64,000 bases of DNA from a virus (taxonomy: Duplodnaviria; Caudoviricetes), in IMG/VR virus record IMGVR_UViG_3300037631_006232, positions 64,001-128,000 of that record; one strand, 5' to 3'. This document shows, piece by piece, positions 56,669 through 64,000 of this stretch. A program made the translations under genes and the position numbers. Every line of letters begins with the position of its first letter. The first letter of the stretch is position 1. The notes beneath the pieces are model-generated. The model made no database searches, was not told the origin of the DNA, and saw only the letters and a program-made list of their open reading frames with translations.

Positions 56669-56849
56669 CTTCCACTACTGTTTCTACTGTTTCTACTGTA
56701 GCACTCCAGGTTTCTACTAGGTCGCCTTCGGTATCTAGCTCTGCTATGTTCTGGAATACCCAACGGTATACCAGATTCTCAACTTGGGCAATAGGTAGTT
56801 TAGATCCGTGGAACTCTATGTAGAGCTCACACTTGACTTTGTGCTTCAT
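56658..56849 (-). CDS. Hypothetical protein
   Basis: AGGAGG RBS. Confidence 0.7.
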   Translation of the reverse strand: MKHKVKCELYIEFHGSKLPIAQVENLVYRWVFQNIAELDTEGDLVETWSATVETVETVVEDER

Positions 56850-57078
56850 GAATCTCTACCTCCTTAGCTCCAATGCCCACTAGGCGACTAGTTACTAGGG
56901 ACTTGGCCTCTTCTAATGAGTCGGCCTTAGTTTCTATTATAATAGTTACCATGAAGCTATGGCTAGCTTCTTCCACTTCAGGAGGCCTGAGTTGGGCGAT
57001 GTCATTAGAACTGTTTAGCAGTGGCAGTAAGTGCGTAGCCGCTAACTCTAGGAGTGGGTAGATAGTCTTAAGATTCAC
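56827..57078 (-). CDS. Hypothetical protein
   Basis: Operon ORF. Confidence 0.6.
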   Translation of the reverse strand: MNLKTIYPLLELAATHLLPLLNSSNDIAQLRPPEVEEASHSFMVTIIIETKADSLEEAKSLVTSRLVGIGAKEVEIHEAQSQV

Positions 57079-57481
57079 TTAGAGCTCTAGCGCCGGCTTG
57101 ACCGTGGTAGGTCCGTACGGAGGACTCCGTACACTCTTTACGGATTAATCCGTTTCTTACTAGCGTTGTTTGTAGCTCAAAGAGCTCTTCCCAGGTTAGC
57201 TCGCTTACGCGTTGATAATGGTGCTGGGTCCATCTTCTAAGGGATATAGGATGTAGGTCTCTATTAGGCTCAACCTCTTCAGGTTTTGCTATTAGGATAG
57301 TCTCTACTGCTGCAGTAGGTGCGGGTGTAGTTGTAGCTTGAACAGCTAGAGCTACTGGTTCGTCATCTATGTGACATTCTAGCTGCGTAACAACATCTAC
57401 TACAAGATTTGCGTCTGTAGTAGTGAGTGTAAGATTAGTGCCATTAGCGTCATTAGTATATGTGATTGTAAACATCTTCAT
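57068..57481 (-). CDS. Hypothetical protein
   Basis: Operon ORF. Confidence 0.7.
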   Translation of the reverse strand: MKMFTITYTNDANGTNLTLTTTDANLVVDVVTQLECHIDDEPVALAVQATTTPAPTAAVETILIAKPEEVEPNRDLHPISLRRWTQHHYQRVSELTWEELFELQTTLVRNGLIRKECTESSVRTYHGQAGARALSES

Positions 57482-57487
57482 AGGGAT

Positions 57488-58390
57488 TTAACCTTTCAGG
57501 TATTTTAAGAGCGCTAGCTCTTTCTGTTTTGATTCTAGTACGATATCTAGGTCCATAGCAGGTAGAGGCATTGTTTTGTAATACCAATCCGTATGGGCTG
57601 CTAGTTTAGAAGTAGGGTCTTCCCACTCTTTTCTGGAATTACTCCAGTGACAAGTGGGAACTATGTTACCCCAGGTAGAGGTAGCACGTAGGAAGTCTTC
57701 TTGGTAAGTACCGGACTTAGCGCCGACTTCCCAGTGGTGCCCGTCGAACACGGTTGCTACACCGAATTCTTCGTACACCTTGTAGAGATCAGCTACACTG
57801 TAGAGTGACTCTTTGTCGTCATTCTCTAAAGTAAACCGACTAGTAGCGGCAGCGTTAAGTTTGGGGAAGTTAATGCTAAAACGTTTCATAGCTGCTGCTT
57901 TGTCTCCGTACATCCCACCCATGTGAATGTTAATTTTAGCCTGCCTAGATTGTGGTTGGCCTAGCCAATCCATAACTTCACTGTGAGCTTCTAGCTCTCG
58001 TATAGTGTTTTTAATCACCCGAGGGTTCTCACTAGTAAAATTGTTGTAGGGCCCCGGATGGAAGCTCACTCTCATACCAGTGCGGTTGATTAGAGCACCA
58101 CATTCTTCCATAAGCGGTCTAATGTCAGACCACTGAGGAAGTTCAGGAAGTGAGTACTCAGTCATCCAGGGAAATAGCCTTGAACTCAGCCGGTATACAT
58201 AGATACCTTGTGTAAGATTCCAGTTAAGGATCTCTAGCATACCTTGCATGTTTAGTAAGGCACGCTCACCGCATACGGTAAGCCCTTCTTCAGCTAGGGT
58301 CTTGTATTGCAGACCTCTATTGCAGGTAATGCCCTGCTCCTTGAGCGTCTCATTAATACAGGCGTAGCCGTAGCGTTGCTTAGGGCGCAT
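57488..58390 (-). CDS. uvsE: UV damage endonuclease UvsE/UVDE
   Basis: GYACIN, RLSS.LFP, SFHPG, INIHMGG, LENDDK..YSV.DL, FD.HH, AH.D, E.KQKE.A motifs. Confidence 0.93.
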   Translation of the reverse strand: MRPKQRYGYACINETLKEQGITCNRGLQYKTLAEEGLTVCGERALLNMQGMLEILNWNLTQGIYVYRLSSRLFPWMTEYSLPELPQWSDIRPLMEECGALINRTGMRVSFHPGPYNNFTSENPRVIKNTIRELEAHSEVMDWLGQPQSRQAKINIHMGGMYGDKAAAMKRFSINFPKLNAAATSRFTLENDDKESLYSVADLYKVYEEFGVATVFDGHHWEVGAKSGTYQEDFLRATSTWGNIVPTCHWSNSRKEWEDPTSKLAAHTDWYYKTMPLPAMDLDIVLESKQKELALLKYLKG

Positions 58391-58751
58391 AGAATACAGT
58401 ACTGGTGTAGGCAAATCCAGATGCCAACATCCATTTAGAAAAGTGAAGTTCTGTGTGGAATTTTTTAGACACTAATTTGCCTATGTGAAGCATAAACTCC
58501 TCCATACTAGCAAAGTACGCAGTAATAGCGGGTTCGTTTACATCTAGCTTGTACTCGTACTCTATGATTTTCCCTAGATCCTCTTTAGGCCCTGATCTGA
58601 CAATAGCCCTAGCGGCCATAGCCGTAACATCTACTTGTAAAGAGATCAGGTGCTGCATACTCGCATTAAGTTCTCGTAGCTCTCTCACTAGAGCGGGGAA
58701 GTCCCGCTCGTAGTGTTGGCGTCCTAGATTAGTCTCGTGGAATCTAACCAC
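58380..58751 (-). CDS. Hypothetical protein
   Basis: Operon ORF. Confidence 0.7.
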   Translation of the reverse strand: MVRFHETNLGRQHYERDFPALVRELRELNASMQHLISLQVDVTAMAARAIVRSGPKEDLGKIIEYEYKLDVNEPAITAYFASMEEFMLHIGKLVSKKFHTELHFSKWMLASGFAYTSTVFYAP

Positions 58752-58753
58752 TA

Positions 58754-59020
58754 TTATTTCACCAACTTTACTTTAATTACGGAAGGTGTGATAGCGTAGT
58801 CCCCATGGTACTTTACACGAAGTACTTGTAGAAGCTCTTCACCAAGCTTTGGAATATTTTCATCTTCCATTACCTCTTCTAGTATTTCTTTTATAAAATT
58901 TTTTGCTTCCTCTAGTGTACCAAACACTTGAGTTTGAGGCTCATCATGGTAGTCCATTTCAACCTGAGCTAGATAGGTTGTGATTTCAGTATATCTTTCT
59001 TGTGGTTTATTTTTGTCCAT
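58754..59020 (-). CDS. Hypothetical protein
   Basis: Operon ORF. Confidence 0.7.
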   Translation of the reverse strand: MDKNKPQERYTEITTYLAQVEMDYHDEPQTQVFGTLEEAKNFIKEILEEVMEDENIPKLGEELLQVLRVKYHGDYAITPSVIKVKLVK

Positions 59021-59204
59021 GTTTATTTTTCTTTCTTTTAGATTTGACTCCCCACTCGGAGAATCTATTGTATAGCGTAGCGTCGGAGACTCTGAGGTCT
59101 CTTGAAATTTCTATTACAGATTCTCCTAGAGTGAAGTATCTGTGTAGAATTTCTTTTTTATCTAGCGGTATATAGCCCGACCCGAGCTTTCTACCTCTAG
59201 GCAT
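59007..59204 (-). CDS. Small HTH DNA-binding protein
   Basis: GESVIEISRDLRVSDATLYNRF. Confidence 0.75.
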   Translation of the reverse strand: MPRGRKLGSGYIPLDKKEILHRYFTLGESVIEISRDLRVSDATLYNRFSEWGVKSKRKKNKHGQK

Positions 59205-59712
59205 CTGTTTGCCACTTTTTGATGCTTACTAGAATGTCTCCTTCTAGATTATTTTCTAGTATAACTTTTTTTACGAAGTTGCTAGCTTCTGTCCTAGTAG
59301 GGCTTATTCCCGAGTAAGTAGTAGAGGTAGCTTTAGGCGTTATAGCCACTATGTAGCAAAGCCGAGCCCTTACAGCATTGGGTTGCCTGTTTAAAGGTAC
59401 CTTTAGTTTATTTAGGTACTTAAACACGTCGGTAGCACTAATGTCTAGTGCTTGACCGATGTCCTGGGTTCGAACTCCTTGATGGTATAAGGTTGTTAAC
59501 CTTTCCACAAACACAGGATCAGATAGCTTAGTAGAGGGCGCGCCTCTTGACCTACCTTGAGTAGGTACTCCATGTCTTTTCAAGATGGAATACAAGACAT
59601 TTTTGTAAGAAAGTCCTGCTTCCTTACAGATATCGTCAACAGGAGTGCCTGCTTGGTATAGCCGGCACACCTCTTCTTCTGAAATTAGTATCTTTATTCT
59701 TTTTCTACCCAA
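59197..59712 (-). CDS. Tandem HTH DNA-binding protein
   Basis: Two LY..G....I......S...V....L repeats. Confidence 0.75.
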   Translation of the reverse strand: MGRKRIKILISEEEVCRLYQAGTPVDDICKEAGLSYKNVLYSILKRHGVPTQGRSRGAPSTKLSDPVFVERLTTLYHQGVRTQDIGQALDISATDVFKYLNKLKVPLNRQPNAVRARLCYIVAITPKATSTTYSGISPTRTEASNFVKKVILENNLEGDILVSIKKWQTDA

Positions 59713-60101
59713 TCTTCTAGCTCCTTTCTGGAAATTATTTCACCCTCAAGAATGTAGGTTGCACACTCTTCGGGGCATTCTTTATAATCTAGGGGCGTAG
59801 TTTCAACTCTAGCGCCTGTAGGTAGAGCACCTTCCCAGTAGAATTGGTCGTCCCATGTTTCGTGGAGTTTCCAGGTGATCTTGCTGAGAGGTCTAAAAGG
59901 TTTTAGCCCTTTAGCTAAATTCTTGCGTTCCGTAGTTGTGATCTCACGGAAGTAAAGAAACTCTAGGTTGTCTGTGTAGACCGCCTGGTACCTCTTGGTT
60001 TTTTTACCAAGTTGGGACCTAACTAAGACGCAAGGCGCTTTGCTGCTTAAGGATACAATCTCTGAATTAGGAGGTATACCCGTAAGGTGTGTTTTATTCA
60101 T
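59694..60101 (-). CDS. Hypothetical protein
   Basis: AAGGAG RBS. Confidence 0.75.
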   Translation of the reverse strand: MNKTHLTGIPPNSEIVSLSSKAPCVLVRSQLGKKTKRYQAVYTDNLEFLYFREITTTERKNLAKGLKPFRPLSKITWKLHETWDDQFYWEGALPTGARVETTPLDYKECPEECATYILEGEIISRKELEDWVEKE

Positions 60102-60138
60102 AACACTCCTTTGAAATTAGACTGTTAGGAGCATAGTC

Positions 60139-60459
60139 TTATACCACATTATCACTATTTTTTTCGTGCTTGGACATCTCTGCTTCTGCTTCCTTAGCTA
60201 CCTGCAATCCTAGTTGATCAGCTTTCCAAAAGAACCTAGGTTTCGTAGCTGCCCACAAAACTATTTTTGATATTTCTAGGCAGTAACTAGTGTCTTCTGC
60301 TATTAGGTTCATAGCTTTAAAATAAGTAACTGTAGAACCTTCTGTTTCTATTATAAAAATACCAGTGTCCGCATCGTATATAGGTACGGGTATACTATGA
60401 CCTCGAAGTACTTGGTAAGCAGCGTATACCCTAGCTAAAAATCTACTAATATAAGACAT
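60139..60459 (-). CDS. Hypothetical protein
   Basis: AGGAGG RBS. Confidence 0.75.
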   Translation of the reverse strand: MSYISRFLARVYAAYQVLRGHSIPVPIYDADTGIFIIETEGSTVTYFKAMNLIAEDTSYCLEISKIVLWAATKPRFFWKADQLGLQVAKEAEAEMSKHEKNSDNVV

Positions 60460-60468
60460 ACGATCCTC

Positions 60469-60831
60469 CTAGTGAATAGTGATAAGATTATTATCAATAC
60501 TAGCTCTGTATAGAGCTTCTGCCACTTTTTTTCTGAGAGCTAAAAGAAAGTCTGCAAGCAAATCTTTTAAGCACAGCTTATTAAGCTGCACTACGTTAGT
60601 TAGTTGCAAACATATTTCTATATCCTCTAAAGTTAAGTCTAATGTCTCTAGTACTCTAAAAGCTGCGTAGCCTTCAGTTAAAGCTCTTATAGATTCTTCA
60701 TAACACTTATTAGACGTAGCCCACTCTCTCAGATGTGCTACTGTTAAATCAACGTATACGTAACGAACACCCACTATATGCTCTAGTTCTGGCATCAGCT
60801 CTATCTCTAACTCTGCATGTATAGAATCCAT
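60469..60831 (-). CDS. Hypothetical protein
   Basis: Operon ORF. Confidence 0.7.
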   Translation of the reverse strand: MDSIHAELEIELMPELEHIVGVRYVYVDLTVAHLREWATSNKCYEESIRALTEGYAAFRVLETLDLTLEDIEICLQLTNVVQLNKLCLKDLLADFLLALRKKVAEALYRASIDNNLITIH

Positions 60832-61766
60832 TTGTTCTTCTCTTTGGGTGAATACTGTAATGTGAAAGTATTAGCATACTCTAAGAAGAAATGGAACTCA
60901 GGCAATTCAGGGCCATCAAAATGATCAAACCAATAAGAAGGCTTTACCTTTATTTTATCAGGTACGCCGGTTTTAAGATTAGTACGGTACACGCTTTTAG
61001 TAGAATCCATAAAACCTTCCCCATTTTGGTTTTTTAATATACTTCTTTTCACCCAAAACAGGTCGCCTTCCTGATTTTCCATAACCAGTTTTCGGTAATC
61101 TTCTCTAGTCTCAGGACCTTTCATAAAACCTAGCCTATTCATGTTTTGCTTAATATCAAAATAATCGGAATAAGGGTTTAATATAAGCCCTAGAATAACC
61201 GCTAGGGTTTTTCCTAAGCGCATTGTGAGGGTAGTGCCCCACCTAAGTAGAGAGATGCCGGGACTTGATTGAGGTAAATCACAGCCCCAACTGCGTATTG
61301 TAGTGTAATAGACTTCAGAGTTGTAACCCACTACGTCTCGAGTATATTGCCCGGCTTCTATCTCATCTTGTAGAGTCAGTCCATATACTAAGAAGGTCAA
61401 TTCTTTTATGCGCTGTATAGCTTGCTTCCTAGTTTTAGCTTTGGGTTTCTTTCTAATAGTTACTAAACCCGCGGGCTGGGTCGTAGGTAGTACTTGGTAC
61501 GGCCCGAAAGAGCCTCCTCCGGAGTCGGCGAGGGATTTTATCCGGCTTACTAGCAGTTTAATTACGACATCTATATCTCTTTTAGAAAGCTTATTTCTAA
61601 CACTGTCTAAAGTTAGGGGGGCTTTTTCTTTAAACCCCCAAGGCAAGGTATGTAGAGGGTCTGTATTTGTTATGGCGGTGTGATATGCTTTTAATACATC
61701 TGTATTAGCATAGTAACTAGTTATATAAGCAAGTCTAGGTAGTGTATCTCTTTTATATAGTAACAT
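60807..61766 (-). CDS. Hypothetical protein
   Basis: ATG 61766 with AGGA RBS just after the upstream stop. Confidence 0.7.
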   Translation of the reverse strand: MLLYKRDTLPRLAYITSYYANTDVLKAYHTAITNTDPLHTLPWGFKEKAPLTLDSVRNKLSKRDIDVVIKLLVSRIKSLADSGGGSFGPYQVLPTTQPAGLVTIRKKPKAKTRKQAIQRIKELTFLVYGLTLQDEIEAGQYTRDVVGYNSEVYYTTIRSWGCDLPQSSPGISLLRWGTTLTMRLGKTLAVILGLILNPYSDYFDIKQNMNRLGFMKGPETREDYRKLVMENQEGDLFWVKRSILKNQNGEGFMDSTKSVYRTNLKTGVPDKIKVKPSYWFDHFDGPELPEFHFFLEYANTFTLQYSPKEKNKWILYMQS

Positions 61767-61771
61767 GTGTC

Positions 61772-62146
61772 CTATTCTGGGAAGTAAAACGTTGAACAAG
61801 TATCTTTTATCTGAGGGTAAGGGTTGGTATAGTCCTGAGACAGGCAGAAAGCGCCTTCTAGTTCTAGAAAAGAACTTACCCAAGACTCTTTACCGTCTAG
61901 TACTAAAAACAGCTGCGAGAGAGGCATTTTGTGCACTACTAACTCGCCTATACTGGTACTTAAGTGAAGATCAGAAGCCTTAAGAACTTCTATCCTATCT
62001 TCTAGGCTTAGTAACGGGTGTTTATCAAATATATCGAGACTTTTAGAGTAAGTCTCGTAATCATAAGCACCTGGGCACTTAATTAACTGTTGTAGGAGGG
62101 CAGCCCGGCTTAAGCCGGCCGCTTTTTGGGCGTTTAAAGAAGACAT
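61772..62146 (-). CDS. Hypothetical protein
   Basis: GAGG RBS. Confidence 0.6.
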   Translation of the reverse strand: MSSLNAQKAAGLSRAALLQQLIKCPGAYDYETYSKSLDIFDKHPLLSLEDRIEVLKASDLHLSTSIGELVVHKMPLSQLFLVLDGKESWVSSFLELEGAFCLSQDYTNPYPQIKDTCSTFYFPE

Positions 62147-62588
62147 GATTTACCTCACTCGAAAAAACTGGTCTTAATCCAGTCCATTCCCACACTTGTT
62201 GGATAGTGTAACCCCGACAGCGTCTGTGTTTAGCAGTTAATCGTTTCTTTGTTGCGTAATGTGTAACTAATTTATTATTAAGAACGGACTCCTTAGCTCT
62301 AATATCTCCTAGAAGAGTGGTTAAAGCAAGCGAATAGTGAAAGTTTCGCAGCCATTTAGCTTTTTTTCCCGTACACACACGGTAATTAAACTGGTAAGGA
62401 CGAGTAGCTTCTACTACTATACTAGTTTTTCTTAGTTCCGCTCTGTTTCTTACTACTCTCAGCACTCTAGCGGCTTCTTTTCTAGACCAGCCCGCCTCGG
62501 AACAGGCTAAGCGAGCTAGAAGTTGTTGGTGTTCTAGTATTTCGAAAGGCAGTAGAGCAGGTAGTAGTAAGAATAAACTTAGTATCAT
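62079..62588 (-). CDS. SleB/Hydrolase_2-like cell wall hydrolase
   Basis: Hydrophobic N-terminus; LARL..SEA, V..V.NR, QF, THY, H.FF motifs. Confidence 0.7.
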   Translation of the reverse strand: MILSLFLLLPALLPFEILEHQQLLARLACSEAGWSRKEAARVLRVVRNRAELRKTSIVVEATRPYQFNYRVCTGKKAKWLRNFHYSLALTTLLGDIRAKESVLNNKLVTHYATKKRLTAKHRRCRGYTIQQVWEWTGLRPVFSSEVNHVFFKRPKSGRLKPGCPPTTVN

Positions 62589-62824
62589 GGTACTGAGTGT
62601 ACTCTATCGGGGCTTTCGAACGCATGGTTACAGCTAGGGCAGGTTATGTTAACCTCTCCCGGTAGAACCTCGATCTCTTCGATGCTGAAATTCACAAAGC
62701 CTCCTTGTTCTACGTCTATGCTTTTTACTTTACTATGTACTAGGTTCTCAGAAGAAGCCCTATAGTACTCTATTGTCTGGCCTTTAAGTGGTTTATAACC
62801 AGAAACTTTAAAAATTTTACTCAT
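62585..62824 (-). CDS. Small protein with CPSC motif
   Basis: GAGG RBS. Confidence 0.7.
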   Translation of the reverse strand: MSKIFKVSGYKPLKGQTIEYYRASSENLVHSKVKSIDVEQGGFVNFSIEEIEVLPGEVNITCPSCNHAFESPDRVHSVP

Positions 62825-62827
62825 ATC

Positions 62828-63178
62828 TTAATCCTCATCGGGAAAGGGGGTTAAAAAGGTCATTAGCCAACGAGTTTTTCCGACTCTTTGAGCTATGTAC
62901 CAGGTAGAATAGTGGCAATCCTCAAGCTGCCTCTCAGATGCTAGGTCACTAGGTACCCAAAATAGGCCTTCTTGGGATATTTGTAACTTGGAACCATCTT
63001 TGAACACAAAAAAATTGTGAACTGCGTTAGGATTCTTAGTAGAGAAGTACTTCTGGAAAGCATCTAGTACTACCCAAGACTGGGGGTTATCGTCGTGAGC
63101 CCTAATCCTAGCTAACAAAGCAGTCTCTACAGAAGAATCTCTTAGGATAGAATGTAAATTTTTCCTCCAATGCAACAT
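62828..63178 (-). CDS. Hypothetical protein, first gene of the minus-strand operon
   Basis: GGAG RBS, phage promoter upstream. Confidence 0.75.
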   Translation of the reverse strand: MLHWRKNLHSILRDSSVETALLARIRAHDDNPQSWVVLDAFQKYFSTKNPNAVHNFFVFKDGSKLQISQEGLFWVPSDLASERQLEDCHYSTWYIAQRVGKTRWLMTFLTPFPDED

Positions 63179-63194
63179 AAATAGTCTCCGCAGG

Positions 63195-63224
63195 TACTTA
63201 TGACAGAAAAAAGCTAGTTATTGC
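63195..63224 (-). promoter_or_regulatory. Conserved phage promoter heading the 55-63 kb operon
   Basis: GCAAT-N14-TGTCATAAGTA. Confidence 0.65.
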
Positions 63225-63227
63225 ATA

Positions 63228-63859
63228 TCTTAGCTATAGAGCTAAGTCAATATTTATTTACTTAGCCATATTTTGTAACGAAAATACCACTTTATTTGCA
63301 AATGGGATTTAATTTACATAATTTTGCAACTATACTATGTGTTACTTAACACTTTTATGCCACGAAGCTAATATAAATTTGCACTTTGCCGTTAACAGGT
63401 AGTTAGCTACGTAGCTAACTTAAGGTCCTTTATTAAGATTTCTTCTGTAAAACCAGTACTTTACTAAAAAACCTATACAAAAGTTCAGTAGTATCTAAAT
63501 CGTTAATAATACTTATATATAGGAAACTTAAAAAAGTAAAGTATGTATATAATGCAATAGTTACATATTTACTACATCTTTATTAACACCCAATATTTTT
63601 TTTTCTATATATAGAGATGTGTTTTTTATTTTTCGTAAAAAACCGACATCTTGCTTTTGCTAACTTATAAACCCTTGATTTAATTACATAAAAAAAAAGT
63701 TAGCTACGAAGGGCTTTTTAGTTAGCCCTAGAGCTAACTCCTAAGTGCTGGATTTATATACGTATTTTACTTAGTAAAAACTCTGAGTTAGCTACGTAGT
63801 TAAGAAAAAGGCTCGAGTTAGCCCTAGAGCTAACTTCGGTTTTACGGCAAAGTGCAAAT
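63228..63859. repeat. AT-rich non-coding region with five TTAGC-N6-GYTAA palindromes and a 16-bp inverted repeat (candidate origin or packaging site)
   Basis: 20-bp copies at 63228, 63401, 63720, 63786, 63816; inverted repeat 63377-63392 / 63844-63859. Confidence 0.7.
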
Positions 63860-64000
63860 CTCTATGTTATTTGCTACATAACTGCGCATCAAAGTGCCAA
63901 TAATGTTATAGACGTGTTACGAAATTTTGTTAAGATTGTTATAGTTAATTTAACATATGCTGTATATTAGCTATAATAATTTGTTCACTATGTAATATTA

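Noticed and set aside
1-64000. Stop-codon reassignment (TAG or TGA recoding)
   Set aside because: Genes tile densely in the standard code with TAA, TAG and TGA all used as stops, and no suppressor tRNA is present

Overview
This 64 kb window is part of a large, AT-rich tailed phage genome (myovirus-like, standard genetic code). From 0.66 to 38.5 kb the + strand carries a virion gene block. It opens with a phage-encoded multisubunit RNA polymerase in an unusual arrangement: beta fused to the catalytic N-terminal half of beta', with the rest of beta' as a separate gene two ORFs downstream. The RNAP genes sit among about 15 putative internal head proteins sharing a K-x-A motif and often an N-terminal A-Y-x-x-G-x-x-x-A leader. 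The block continues with a prohead protease, scaffold, decoration protein, major capsid protein, fibres, neck proteins, tail sheath, tail tube and baseplate genes. At 39-40.4 kb are three tRNAs (Ile2-CAU, Arg-UCU, Arg-CCU) matching the AUA/AGA/AGG codons the genome favours. From 43 to 55 kb lies an array of single-gene minus-strand cassettes. Each is preceded by a conserved non-sigma70 promoter (CRCAAA-N14/15-TGGCATAAGTA, 15 copies in the window) and most end in a hairpin plus TTTTAGCT junction. Interspersed are phoH, a class III cyclase plus 2TM gene pair, and further KxA/Gly-zipper genes. From 55 to 63 kb is a minus-strand operon of small genes including uvsE, HTH proteins and a SleB-like hydrolase. 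The window ends in an AT-rich non-coding region with repeated 20-bp palindromes. Best model (inference): a virion-packaged RNAP reads the cassette promoters early, while host sigma70 RNAP drives the structural genes. All calls come from reading the sequence; no database searches were run.
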